Numbered from the stretch's first letter, positions 35,791 to 48,208 are shown. The stretch is 64,000 nucleotides of DNA from Chiloscyllium plagiosum (GCF_004010195.1 NC_057718.1:79998555-80062554); one strand, 5' to 3'. Program-made: numbers and translations. Notes: generated by a model not told the origin, from the letters alone.

Positions 35791-36960
35791 GAGGACCACA
35801 AAGAAACTTCCCACAGTGAACTTAAACAGATGGTCCTAAGGATAATGGGCACCAATGAACAAAACTGGTGTCACCCAGCACTGCTGAGGTCATCCTGAAT
35901 GGTGGTAAGTTGCTACCATACGCACCTTCTCCACCTTCATCCTGAAAGATGCCACTAAATGGAAATTGACACTAAACTGTGGACCTCCTTTCTTCTTCAC
36001 TTGCCCTTCACTCATTTCAACCTTCACCTTATACTTGAACTTTCATATAGTCAAGCAATGCCGGCAGATCAGGCTCTGTAGTCTTAGATGTAACAGCAAT
36101 AAAGAAAGAGAGTTCTGAGAAAGAAACACTAATTCACAATCTAACACTTACTGCCACTAGCTCTACTGCTGCTGAGCAAATGTTGAAAGCTAATTTTGAG
36201 TAAGGATCTGTATGCGTTGAGTCATTGGAAATGAGTGACCTACAGTTAGGCCAGCGAAATAGCTCAACTTATGCACAAATTCCACAGAGGGAAAGGTCAC
36301 ATTACAGTTCTGCTGCAGGTTCAAATAAGGACAGATTATAGGAAAACAATGATCAACATCCACACCAAAAATGTCCAATCAATGGACAGGAGCATGGCAC
36401 TCTAGTCATTGGATAGGAGTGTGGAGGATTAGGGTTCCGCACTTGCACAGGGCATCATGTAGACCATTCCTTTCACCATGCCAGGCTACCTCTGAGAACA
36501 TCTATTGACTCCTGTCCTAGCTTCCAGTGCAACATTGACAGATGGCTCTGATGTATCAGTGCTGCAGTGGAAGCTCAGAGACAGATCATTCAGACGCCAA
36601 CTGATGTCATCCAGGCATGAGTGACTGCCACTGAGGATCAGGATCTCAGCATTCGAAAGGGATTGCAGATTCTTACAATAGTCTAGCAATCTGTGCTCCA
36701 GCAACTCTGTGGAAATATAAGTGACATGATGGAGCATGATCCTGCTGTCCTCTTTTAGAATAACTGTAACTCTTCCACAGAGGCCAGAATTACCATCCAT
36801 CCCTAATGCCCTTTGAGAAGATGATGATGAGCCATCATTATGAAACATTGCATCCACGCAGTGTAGGTTTACCCAAAACACAGTTTCAACCATGCTGAGG
36901 TGGTGGAATCTAAAGGCAGGTCCGCAAGTTTCAAAGCTATTTTGCTTCATCCTCAAAGGG
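35790..36960 (+). mobile_element. Possible Harbinger accessory-ORF remnant
   Basis: VLRIMG...TAEVILNG followed by a gtaagt donor, then a low-complexity downstream exon; weak recognition. Confidence 0.3.
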
Positions 36961-37796
36961 CATTTTCCCCAGGTGAAAGTCTGTAATCTTCCAACATTTA
37001 CGTTGCAATTACCATATGGTCCTGTGTAGGACTATGACCTGCAAGTCAGACATTAATGTGATGCACAAGGATGATTGGCTGTTTGTCTGGAATATTTATA
37101 TATTGACAAATAAAGTTGTATGAATTTTTTTGGTTTCCTTTATTGATAGATGTGAGTCAATGGAATTTTGCAGGAGGATCTGAAATGGATGTAAGGAAAA
37201 GTTAGAAAAAATCTCTTTAACAAGTATTATTCATATGTCTGGGAAAGCACTTATAGTTCAATATCAAAGCCAGCATCCAGTTAATGGCTTCAACTTACAC
37301 ATGTTGCAATGCCACCATTACTGAGGGCATTAGCTCAGTATGTGGGCAATGGTCAAACATGGAGGCGACAGCCTGAATTTGAACTGTTCTTCATGCTCCA
37401 CATGTTGAGCTAGTGCCCACATTTTCCCTAGCCCATATTCAAGTGATTGAGGAATAAACCTTCGGGAGGGGATGCCACTGGTCAAGTAATCCAAAGGTGA
37501 AAAGATTTGGGGTTTTGCATTTGAATCCCAAATGACAGATGGTGAAATTTGAATTCAAAGAATCAGCCTGGATTAAAAGCTAGCCTAATGGGGAATTAAT
37601 ACAAAAATCCATCTGGTTTGCAAACTGATCCTTCACTGGGTTTTGAGTATCTGTAAGGTTGTTGTTGAGTGTAAGACAGCTGAATCTTGCACAGTGTAAC
37701 ATAGTTACTATGCTTCTTTTGTCAGAAATGAACATTGACATACTTCTGTTATTCTAAATGATTAAAGACTTAACAGCAATCTAGGTTTGTTCAATA

Positions 37797-38100
37797 CATT
37801 GCATCAGTTAGCACTGCTGCCTCGCAGCGCCAGAGACCCCGGTTCAATTCCCGCCTCAGGCGACTGACTGCGTGGAGTTTGCACGTTCTCCCCCTGTCTG
37901 CGTGGGTTTCCTCCGGGTGCTCCGGTTTCCTCCCACAGTCCAAAGATGTGCAGGTCAGGTGAATTGGCCATGCTAAATTGCCCGTAGTGTTAGGTAAGGG
38001 GTAAATGTAGGGGCATGGTTGGGTTGCGCTTCGGCGGGGCGGTGTGGACTTGTTGGGCCAAAGGGCCTGTTTCCACACTGTAAGTAATCTAATCTAATCT
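37797..38100 (+). mobile_element. Young HE1 SINE with (AATCT)n tail
   Basis: CpG-rich, with B-box GGTTCAATTCC, full core and tail GGGCCTGTTTCCACACTGTAAGTAATCTAATCT. Confidence 0.95.
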
Positions 38101-38287
38101 AAGTTGTATGATACGTTGATCTTTTACTATAAATTCTGTGTCCTATGATACTGCACAAATAGCTACCTAACGAAGGAGCAGCACTCCAAAAGCTTATACT
38201 TCCAAATAAACCTATTGAACGATAACTTGGTGATGTGTGATTTTTAGCGTTGTCCACCCCAGTCCAACACCAGCGCCTCCACATCAT
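38101..38287 (+). mobile_element. Family 2 HHR-bearing terminal fragment (probably PLE-derived), HHR decayed
   Basis: CTAACGAAGGAGCAGCACTCCAAAAGCTT is a mutated form of 43376-43404; the downstream tail is shared. Confidence 0.75.
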
Positions 38288-38827
38288 CCTCAGAAGTGGT
38301 CAAGCAAGCAACTCCATTGTAAAGTAGAAATACACCTTCATAGACAATTAGCAAAAGCCTTTTTCAGTCATTCATGGGACGTGCATGTCACTGGCTAGAC
38401 CAGGCTTAATGCCCATCCTGAATTGCCCTTGAAAGGGTGGTGGAGACTACCTTCTTGAACTGCTTAGTTCATTTGGTGCAGCTGTAACTGCTGTGTTGGC
38501 GTAGTTCCAGGATTTCAACTCAAGGTTTTAGCCCATGTATTTCTAACCATCCTCAATATGCAAGTGATCTCAATGATTAACAAAATATCATTTCTCCATG
38601 ATAGTCTTCAGCAAACTAAATTAAGAGTTTGTTCTTTCTCCAGAGGTTAATTTTGAAACACAAGAATATCACTCAATAATTGTTTCAAACCTTTTTCCGA
38701 TATAATATTTCAAAGTGATATTGAAGTTCAGAAAATTTCCCTCGTAGACTTTTTCCTCCATCAATGTAGTACTGCTGTGACAACTGCAGACTGTGTTTGC
38801 ACAAGACTTTTAGAATTTTTTTGTAAT

Positions 38828-39860
38828 ATGACACAAAGTTGGATGGAAGGGTGAGGAGGATACAGAAATCTTGCAGTGTGATTTGGACAGGCTGAGTAGG
38901 TGGTCTATTACATGGTATTCACAAATAGGAAGGCACAGTATTATTTGAATGGCTGTAAGTTAAGATAGATGAATGTTCAATGAGAGCAGTGTGCCTTTGT
39001 GCATCATTCACTGAAAGTAAGCTTGTAGGTACAACAGGCAGTAAAGAAGACAAACTGTATGTTGCCTTCATAGTGGCCAATATAAATTTGAGTACAGGAA
39101 CAAGGATGTCATATTGCAATCATACAGGGCATTGTTGAGGCAATACCTAGAATATTTCATGCAGCTTTGGTTTCTTTTTCTGAGGAAGGATATTCTTGCT
39201 ATAGAGACAGTACAGTGAAGGTTTACCGAATTGATTCCTGGGATGGCAGGACAGGCATATGAGGTGAGATTGAATCAGTTAGGATTATATTCACTGGAAT
39301 TTAGAAGAATGACTGGTGTTCTCATAGAAACCTATAAAGTAGTAACAGGAATAGACAGGTTAGATGCAGGAAGTATGTTCATGATGGTGAATGAGTCCAG
39401 AAACATGCGTCATTGCTTAAAGCTTGGGAATAAACCAAAACCATGCATCATAGTTTAAAGCTAGGGATTAAATCAGAACAAAGCGTCATAGTTTAAAGCT
39501 AGGGAATAAACCAGAACGATGCATCATAGTTTAAAGATAGGGAATAAACCAAAACCATGCATCATAGTTTAAAGATAGAGATTAAACCAGAACGATGTGT
39601 CATAGTTTAAAGATAGGGAATAAACCAAAACCAGGTGTTGTGGTTTAAAGAGATGGGGGGAAATAAACCTGTTAGGACTGAGATGAGAAGTAAACTCTTG
39701 ACAGAGAGTGGTGATTCTATGGAATCCACTGCCATAGAAAGTGGCTGAGACTCGAACATTATGTGTTTCAAAGGAAGTAGACATAGTTCTTGTGGCTAAA
39801 GAGATCAAGGAAAATGGGGCAGGACAGAATTAGAGTATTGAGCTTGATGAGCAGTCTTGA
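38828..39860 (+). mobile_element. 5'-truncated old CR1 with an internal minisatellite
   Basis: DTKLDG..LQCDLDRL and LGLYSLEFRRMTGVLIETYK; CR1 3' sequence resumes at 39668. Confidence 0.85.
39397..39668 (+). repeat. Minisatellite, 7 x 38 bp
   Basis: Units start at 39397, 39435, 39473, 39511, 39549, 39587 and 39625; consensus CCARAACSATGCRTCATAGTTTAAAGMTAGGGAWTAAA. Confidence 0.95.
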
Positions 39861-40179
39861 GGAGTCTACAGTCTCCAAGACTTTACAGCATTATGTAACT
39901 GCTAATAGTTGAACGTTTAGGTCAGTAATTTCTTTGAGATTGTTAGACTGCTTCAATTCTTGTTTAATTTTTATCTATTTGAACTCATTTTGATGGTGGG
40001 ATTTAACCTTCACGAGGCATTTTGTGTGTCCAGAATTCGTAATTTGGTCCTTCAGTTGCTGACTGAACAAAACACTCTAGTCTCCATGGCTTGCTGATGG
40101 GACTTCATTGCAGTGACCAGCTACCATGTTTATACCTCAATAATTTCTGAATATTGAGTATTGTCACAATCCTATTTAG

Positions 40180-40372
40180 GGTCAAGAGTGTGGTGCTGGA
40201 AAAGCACAGTAGGTCAGGCAGCATCTGAGGAGCAGGAGATTCAACGTTTCAGGCAAAAGAGAAGGGCTTCTCTCTGCTCTCCTGCTCTTTGGATGCTGCC
40301 TGATCTGCTGTGCTTTTCCAGCATCACACTCTAGACTTGAATCTCCAGCATCTGTCGTCCTCACTGTCACCT
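40180..40372. mobile_element. Fold-back mini-PLE (family 1), 14-bp TSD
   Basis: ACAATCCTATTTAG at 40166-40179 and 40373-40386; inverted arms meet at a scrambled HHR. Confidence 0.9.
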
Positions 40373-40399
40373 ACAATCCTATTTAGACCTATGCATATC

Positions 40400-41630
40400 T
40401 TTTTCTCTCATCGCTCTTTCATTTTCTGCTTGCAGTTGTTGAATGAACACTTGATGGCCTGTTTCCAAAGTTTGATGTGTTTTTTTCCAAATGTATCAAG
40501 TTCATGTTGATATTCTTCATGTATGATTGTAAAGATGTGCTGCACACATTTGTCCATAAAGGTCGGGCATCATCCACCCTGCCTGAAATTTCTTTCTCCA
40601 CAAATCCATGTTAGGGCTGTGAGACCTCTTTTCTGCATGAATGAAGAGTCCTGTCTAATTTCAAAAACCAAGACATTTTAGTTGTTGTGGTCACTTTGGT
40701 GGCTGTTGAAATGTTTAAAGCTTTACTTGTGTTCATTTGTGACTGAACTTTTATAAAGTGTTCTTCTTGTGTCTCTTCAGTGGTCCAGCCTTCATCACAG
40801 GGAACAATTTCTTCATCTAACTGTGATTGTTGTTGCTGTTCCAGCCTTTTGCATGTCCTTGATAGGATCCATGAAACAAGCAGACAACTTTACCTCTTTG
40901 TTACCTCTTCAACAAAGGCGTGGCTCTCCTCGAATAAACAGCAGAGACTTCACAAACAGTGTTATATGAACCCAAGAACAGAGGAAGGTATCAGGCCTCT
41001 TACTCATTAAATGAACAACACGTGCAGTAGATTCCTTTCTTGTCACTCTACAGAAACAGCAAACTAACATCTAGAATGTCATCTTCTGGCTGGCCACCTT
41101 CATGTTTGCCACCTTGGTTTCCCACAATTTACAACTTTTCTGTTGAGAAAAGTAAAGGGTCTGCATTACATTTTTGAAGACCTAGGATTGGAGTATCTGA
41201 AGTGGAAAATGATTACTGAAACATTGAGTTAGCTTCAGTGTCTGCTAACCAAAGAATTTTCAAACTGCACAAGCAATGGCTTTTGCCTACAAGTGGAACA
41301 TCATCCATCCTCCTTGAAGCTTCCACTAAACTACATTGGAACTGTGAGACCTCTTTCCTGCATGATGATTTGTAGGTGCCGGTGTTGGACTGGGTATACA
41401 AAGTTAAAAATCACACAACACCAGGTTATAGTCCAACAGGTTTATTTGGAAGTACTAGCTTTTGGAGCATTGCTCCTTCACCACCTAGTGTTTCTTTTTT
41501 GATTTTTAACTTCCTGCATGATTGAAGAGTCCTTTCTAATTTCACAATCCAAGATGTCTCAGTTGTTGTGGTCACTTTGCTGGCTGTCAAAATTTTTAAA
41601 GCTTTACTTGGGTCAATTTGTGATTGACCC
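40400..41630 (-). mobile_element. Two tandem decayed RTE-like LINE 3' pieces
   Basis: RVDDARP / RMDD, YMKNINM and LWKQAIK resemble the RTE C-terminus; 40617-40748 is repeated at 41342-41629. Confidence 0.45.
41367..41510 (-). mobile_element. Family 2 mini-element with decayed HHR, 12-bp TSD
   Basis: TTCCTGCATGAT at 41355-41366 and 41511-41522; minus strand GTGAAGGAGCAATGCTCCAAAAGCTAGT. Confidence 0.85.
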
Positions 41631-42912
41631 AATGATTGATCCAATTAATAAGGAAACATAATGGTTACGAGTGACAAACAGGGTCCAGATGATATCATTT
41701 CGATTACAACAGCCCATTCCCCCTGATTTTGAAACCTCCTGTGACCCAATGTTGAGTAGAGCATAATCTAAAATGTTCTGGCTCAATCATGGTCAAGAAT
41801 CCAAAAGAAAAAGGTCTGACCTTGCCTCCAATTTAAAATTAGATTTTTTTGTTGCCTTTAACTATGCTATTTGCATACTAAAATTACTTTTGTTGGGCTG
41901 AAAAATCTGTGGAGCAAAATTCCTCCCTTGGGCTTGCTATATCTCCCAAGAAAAATATAATTTGGCTGCTCAGGGTTCACTATTACCTGGACACTTGTGG
42001 ACTGTAGTTGTCTGTTTTCTTGCTTCTGTGTTGTCAATGCAGCTCTGTACTGGCCACCATCTGGACTCTTGGCCGCCTGTACAACTAGCTAGGCCTAACT
42101 CCTGTGAGTTGGTTCTCTTAATGGTTTTGATCACTTTGCTTTTGGTTGCACTTCCTGCTGGTTAACCTTCAAAATGCTATTTTCTTTCCCATCTCTTTAA
42201 AGTGCTCCAATTCACTATTATTTTATTTACTGCTGCTAATTATTTTTCTTTGTGATGTGCCATGTTCTCTGCTGTGTTTTCTTCTGTACTTTATCAGCTT
42301 TCATGATGGCTTTCTCACTTTCGCTGCAGTTTTTTGTCTAGATAGGCTGTGAAGTTTGTCGCTTATTGCTTCCTGGTGCTGCTTAGTTTCTCTTAAGTGT
42401 TTCACCCCACTGCTACAAATGCATCACTTACTTAGTTCCATTCTTCACTCGTAACAACATTCTGTTTCTGGGCTTTATTTCAGGTATTCCTTGCTGCTTG
42501 TTTCTGGTTCTGTTCATCTAGTCACCATCTGTCACCATGCAATATACTTTATAAATGAACATTAACAACCTTTATTGAACATAAATATATACAAGTAACA
42601 GTAAAAGAGGCCATCTTCTGAAAGCTTATAGGTGAAATCTCTAGTTCTATGTGATCAGACAGCACTATTAAATTGTTCCTTATGCACATGTGTAGTAGCT
42701 ATTTTTAAGAGTAAAGATATCAATAACCCTTTAATCCATGGTATTTATGATGATACTTGTTGGCCTTGTATTAAATACCTCAATCAACAAGAAGATGTTA
42801 ATGAATTGGTTATTTAAGAGATTTAGTTAACCCAAGGGTGGGTTGGCCCCAACAATCTCTGATGCCACTGACAAAATGTTAGCAGCGGTGGGAAAACAAA
42901 ACATACTGAGTC

Positions 42913-42970
42913 CAAAATTTTATGTAACCTCCTTCAGTCCATGTACAAAATTTTATGTAACCTCCTTCAG
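42913..42970 (+). repeat. 25-bp direct duplication
   Basis: CAAAATTTTATGTAACCTCCTTCAG occurs twice, 8 bp apart. Confidence 0.9.
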
Positions 42971-42987
42971 GAGAGGGACAAAAGGTC

Positions 42988-43270
42988 CAATTGTGGATTT
43001 TAAAATTCTCATCAGTGTTTCCAAATCACTCCTCCTCTATGCCTACTTTTGTAATTCCCTCCAGCCTGGCACCCTTTCAAACGACTTGCACTCATCTCAT
43101 TCTGGATTCTTGAGAATTGATCCCTAAAGCTCTTTACCTCACTCTCATCCCTAGGCATAATTTAAAAGTTACTTTTCTAGCCAAGATTTTGGGCATCTGT
43201 CATCAAACCTCCTTATGTGTGCAGTATGAAATTTGTGCCTTGGGTTCCTTTAATTGTTTTTATGAACTTC
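42988..43270 (+). mobile_element. L2-type LINE 3' remnant
   Basis: VDFKILISVSKSL..AYFCNSLQP...DLHSSHSGFLRI matches the L2 C-terminal pattern RIDFKIL..FKSL..PYL..LRSS.SGLL. Confidence 0.65.
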
Positions 43271-43292
43271 TGAAGAAACTTTTAATAGTTCA

Positions 43293-43459
43293 TGATTCGG
43301 ATATGCCGGTGTTGGACTGGGGTGTACAAAGTTAAAAATCACACAACACCAGGTTATAGTCCAACAAGCAATCACCTGATGAAGGAGCGTCGCTCCGAAA
43401 GCTAGTGTGCTTCCAATTAAACCTGTTGGACTATAACCTGGTGTTGTGTGATTTTTAAC
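43293..43459. mobile_element. Fold-back family 2 mini-element, 12-bp TSD
   Basis: Perfect 39-bp inverted repeat 43328-43366 / 43424-43462; TTTAATAGTTCA at 43281-43292 and 43460-43471. Confidence 0.9.
43372..43409 (+). ncRNA. Minimal type I hammerhead ribozyme (family 2), intact core
   Basis: CAC-CUGAUGA-A-GGAGC-GUC-GCUCC-GAAAG-CUA-GUG; stem I CAC/GUG, palindromic AGCU stem III, predicted cleavage after A43404. Confidence 0.8.
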
Positions 43460-45179
43460 TTTAATAGTTCACAGCAATTATAAAGGAATCATTGCAATTT
43501 TCTTGGTTATTATGAAATACTGGTCCATGTGACCTGGGAACACCAACTGAAAGCAATACTGACATAGAGAAAGTTAAGATACAGATCCATCTGGACTTGT
43601 TGATGCAAACGATAGCGTGGGCACAAGGTGGTTAGATCAAAGATGCAACACAAAGAAGAAGCAGATAGGAACAGCAAAGGGGACATAGAATTCTGTTAGG
43701 TTAAGCCAGCAAAGCTCTCTCTGCAAAGACTTTTTTTCCTGTTTGGCAGTAAGAAGTAAAATAGAATGCCGGAAGCTCTTGGGAACCAATGTATGAGAGA
43801 GCTAAAATGGACTGATTCCTAAAAAGCCTTACAAATACCTCAAGTGTTTAAAATACCTCTGGGTTTGTATCAGAAGTAGCCAAACCATGAACTTCTGTGT
43901 TACTGATTGGTGGACTGAAAAGGAACTCTGGAAAACCACATCATTGGGACTGTTATGACCTGAGGGAGAGCAGGGCTTTTGAAGAGTGCCTTGCTGATGG
44001 TAATCACATCCACGGGCTGACAGCTGTCGTTGGACAGCACTCCTGACCTACCCTATGTGAATAAAGAACAGTATACTGTGTAACTGTGTGGCTACAAAAT
44101 ACCATAAATGCTGAATGTACCTTCAACCCACAGCTGTTACCAGCCCACATGAATCTGTATCTTAACCACCTCCATGTCAGTAATGCTTTCAGGTCAGGTG
44201 TTCCCAGGTCACATGCACCAGTAGTTATATTACTCAAGAAAATTGCAAAGATCCCTTTATAATATATGTGAACTATTAAAAGTCTTTTTAGATGTTCATA
44301 AAAGCAACTAAAGAAACCCTAGAAACAAAATAACATGCTGCACACATAAGGTGTGATCGCAGAAACCCAAAATCCGAGCTGAGAAAGTAATTATTAAATT
44401 GCTTTTAGGAAAGAAAGTGAAGTGGAGGGGTTTAGGCAGCAATTCTCAAGAATTGCTTATGGTTGTTTAAGACATACCTTTGTTGCATGTACTATTTCAC
44501 TATTAGTTATTAATCATTTGCATTGGTTCTGATTTGCTTTAAAGTAAGAGTTATAAATAGTGAAATCTTGTTAATTTTCTCTTGTGGGGATCATAACATA
44601 GTTAAGAGCATAAGTACCCTTTTAGTAACCTAATCATTTTTAATGGCTGCTAATTAATTTTTCTGGTTCAAAAAATTAGCAATTAAAAGTGCAGAGCTTC
44701 ATTGCATTAAGAGATGAATTGATATTGAAGATGTTTTTAAATATATTTCTTCTTACTTTTCCACTCTTATTTTTCTCTTTCCTTTAATCCAATCATTCTA
44801 GCCATCTCATTTTATTTCTCTGAATCTGATTTGGAACCCAATTCACACAATCCAGTTTGCACTCCTTCTCAGTTCATCTATTGCTTATTTCTCAATGATT
44901 AAATTTCATTGATTAAGAAAATATACTTTTGACCTTGCCATTCACCGAAGTCCCATATGCCCTAATGCGCTACTCAATCATTGCCAGCTTGCAATTCCAG
45001 CAATTTTGAATGCAAAGTATTTTTTTTGAACTGATGGATGAAGGAAAAAGTCTAAGTAACTGGACATGTTGTGTAATATCCTACTCCAAGAAATTCAGTG
45101 TTATCATAACACAGTAAGGAAAATTACGAGGAGGAACACTGAAGCTCATTCCTCTAAGCTCTCCCTTTGATAGGAAGAC

Positions 45180-45572
45180 TAGATCAAATTCACGTGCCAC
45201 ACGATTGAATAGTACTCACAAGCCCAAATTATGCATTTTGTTTGACAATTTTGGCAGTGCTGCACTGTCAGAGATGACAATTTACAGGTGAAATCTTCAA
45301 CCAAAACCCTGTTTGCCCTTTCAGATAGGCATAAAAAATATCACAGCACTATTTTAAAGAAAAGCAGCTGACAAGTACATTTTTTGATCAGTATTTAGCT
45401 TTCACTTAAAATCAGATTTAGCAGTCATTATTTCATTGCTGTGCACAAATTGTGCCTTGCGTTTCCTACATTACATCAACGTAACTCACTTCAAAACTTC
45501 TTCAATTACTGTAAAGCACTTTGTGCCTTTGGAAGTCATGAAAGGATCTGTCTAGATATTGGTTCTTTCTTT
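45180..45572 (+). mobile_element. Deu-domain SINE
   Basis: GTGCTGCACTGTCAGAGATG, CTGTTTGCCCTTTCAGATAG, GCGTTTCCTACATTAC..CACTTCAAAA..CTGTAAAGCACTTTG; tail TCTTTCTTT. Confidence 0.7.
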
Positions 45573-45607
45573 CACACAACATAAAGTGAGTCACCAATGT
45601 TCCCCAT

Positions 45608-45799
45608 ATTTATTACACAGGTATAGTTTAAGGCACCAGAGCAAACGTTTGATGGGGCAAAGGATGAAGATGGAGGACTGATTTTGTGAATATTGTAATA
45701 TAAATTCATCAGAGGCTGATCAACTTGCATCCTACAATATTTTAAAGCTTTGAAATCATGGCCCTGGATACCAGCAGACAAATGTTTAACATTGGACAA
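45608..45799 (+). repeat. Source arm of an inverted duplication (partner 47109-47321)
   Basis: Reverse-complement identical except for one substitution and a 21-bp indel. Confidence 0.97.
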
Positions 45800-47108
45800 T
45801 TCTCTCTCACTTAACATTTGGATGAAAGCAGCATACCACTTAGCTTCCAATACTGCAGGAAGACATTTCATGCTAATGTTATCATCATCATATAATTTCA
45901 TGGCCAATCATTTTAAAATGTTACAAGTTGAGACTTATATAATCAAATTACATGGTGTAGTATATTTCTCTTTTTAAGTCTGAGTAAATCAGCAACTTGA
46001 CCATGTTAATATGGAAAAGTAATGGGCAATAAAGCTGAAGTAAGGCATAGAATAAGGAAGTAGAATTGGGGTAGAGGAGCTGAGTAATGACAAAAGAAAC
46101 TGCAAGAAGTGCGGTGGAAATGGAACGAAAAAAGGAGGAAGGGATGGGAGAGAAAATTGGTAAAGGAGAAAAAGGAGGGAGAGTAGCAAGATGGAAAATA
46201 GGAAATGATTGGTAAGGAGGAGACCATGAAGTAAAGGAGAAAAGAGGATGGAGCTTCCGGTTGGTAGCCTTTCAGCCTTCAATTTAAAATTGCAATCATT
46301 CAGATGGGATGGCATAAATCCCTCCGTTTTAACTGATATTACTCATCATCATATCATCTAGCACCCACCCAAACCCTGCCCCAACACTAGCCAGCCCCAC
46401 TAAATTTTACTGAATCGGGCTTAAACATTAACCTATAAGTATCTAACTCTTTTCTCCACTTCTGCAGATGATTTAATCAGGATAGAGAACTCATTTGGTA
46501 GCAACAGTTGATGTAAAGCTTTCTATTACTGACTTCACCAACTTTCTCATTAAAAAAGCAATGAAACACTTCTCTCCCAACTTAGGATGACTATCAATGC
46601 TGGCACTTTAGTTTGACTTCAGCACTTACATTTACCAGCTGTGTTCTCTTATAAATGTTTACTTTCCAACATTACTAATGATGCAAGCTAATTTTATATT
46701 ACATGTTTCAATGAAAAACAGACAAAGCCCCAACAGAAGAGGAAAGCTGCAGAGCTGGAATCTGATTGAAATTACATGCCTGTATCAAATTACTTAAGCT
46801 CACTTAAGTTAAAAAAATTCAAGATCCAATTTTAAATTATATTCTTATGTTCAAAGCCACTCTCATTGTTTGAACAATAATTTATTACAGATTTCATTTA
46901 TAGAAGAAGGAAATTACAGTGGTGACTCACACCTTCCATCGCACACTTGCTATTCACTTCATTAAATGACTACATTGTTGGAAATTGAATCAAGAAGCTG
47001 AGGGACTTCTCTCTCCTTCTGGACGCCTACTCAAATTGTAAGAAGGAAAATGTAACTCCAGGAGCCAAAATTAAACTGGCAAAAATAATTATCATCTTTT
47101 AAGCAAAT

Positions 47109-47321
47109 TTGTCCAATGTTAAACATTTGTCTGCTGGTATCCAGGGCCATGATTTCAAAGCTTTAAAATATTGTAGGATGCAAGTTGATCAGCCTCTGAT
47201 GAATTTATATTACAATATTCACAAAATCAGTCCTCCAGATCTGTTTTTACACAGGAAATCTTCATCCTTTGCCCCATCAAACATTTGCTCTGGTGCCTTA
47301 AACTATACCTGTGTAATAAAT
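47109..47321 (-). repeat. Inverted copy of 45608-45799 abutting a SINE 5' end
   Basis: Direct comparison; also visible as the same peptide in ORFs 45572..45907(-) and 47109..47405(+). Confidence 0.97.
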
Positions 47322-47560
47322 GGAGTTTGCACTTCTCCCCATGTCTGCGTGGGCTTCCTCCGGGTGCTCCGGTTTCCTCCCACAGTCCACAGATGTGCAA
47401 ATTAGGTGGAATGGCCATGCTAAATTGTCCATAGTGTCCAAGAATGTGTAGGTTAGGTGGATTAGCCATGGGAAGGTGGGTTCGGGTGGGATGCTGTTTG
47501 GAGGGTCAATGTGGACTTGATGGGCTGAATGGCCTGTTTCCACATTGTAGCGATTCTATA
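47322..47560 (+). mobile_element. 5'-truncated HE1 SINE
   Basis: Starts GGAGTTTGCACTTCTCCCCATGTCTGCGTGGG; tail GGCCTGTTTCCACATTGTAGCGATTCTAT. Confidence 0.92.
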
Positions 47561-47814
47561 AGGGTAAATGGCACTAATTTTTTGTTTCCACTATCTCACA
47601 TTCACTCTAGTTCTGCTACTGCCTTCACCTCCCACTAATGTTCATGATGCACCACCATTCCCGTGATTGCATGCAGTATCTTCACTCATTGGCTCTCATC
47701 CACTCAATCCTTCCAAACTACTAACGTTCTGTGGTTTCCACTCACTCACTCAGGGCAACTCACCATCTGTCTTCCATCAGCAACTGTACCAACCATTTTC
47801 TCTGTCTTTTTTCC

Positions 47815-48208
47815 CATCGCACATAATAGGGCAGAGAGGGACAAGGCAGGCAGTGGGGTGTCTAACATTAATGTTCTTATCATCGATTTGGAGAAAATAC
47901 TTGCATTATTGGGAGAGGACCATGATCACTTATGTGGTGATGCTGTGATCTCCATGCCTCAGCAACCAAAAAAGATTAATTGTGAAGTGCTGCTCTACTC
48001 TCCCAGTACTGTGAATGTATTCTTAATGTTCCCAAACTTTGACCCCAATTTCACAACTTATTCCCTTTCTTGTCTCCTGCAAGCACGAGCAGCATCCATA
48101 CATCATCTCCAGCACCAGAACAGACAATGGTATGTAAAAAATAGGCACCGAGTGAATAGTGGCATTTTTTATTCGATATTTGTTTATTTTTCTGGTGAAA
48201 TTGGCTGA
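47815..48208 (+). mobile_element. Harbinger Myb/SANT ORF second-exon remnant and possible right end
   Basis: IAHNRAERDKAGSGVSNINVL..LEKILALLGED is homologous to the exon at 7620-7743. Confidence 0.5.

Noticed and set aside
37797..37860. tRNA genes at SINE heads
   Set aside because: A/B boxes continue into SINE bodies; no full cloverleaf.
39397..39668. CRISPR-like periodic array
   Set aside because: No unique spacers, vertebrate context, and the unit derives from CR1.
41960..42500. Possible Gypsy gag remnant on the minus strand
   Set aside because: No intact CCHC motif; could not be supported.
43505..44599. Possible solo LTR ending CATAACA
   Set aside because: No clear 5' terminus or TSD.
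46000..46250. Purine-rich tract giving hydrophobic antisense ORFs
   Set aside because: Low-complexity sequence; the ORFs are a composition artefact.
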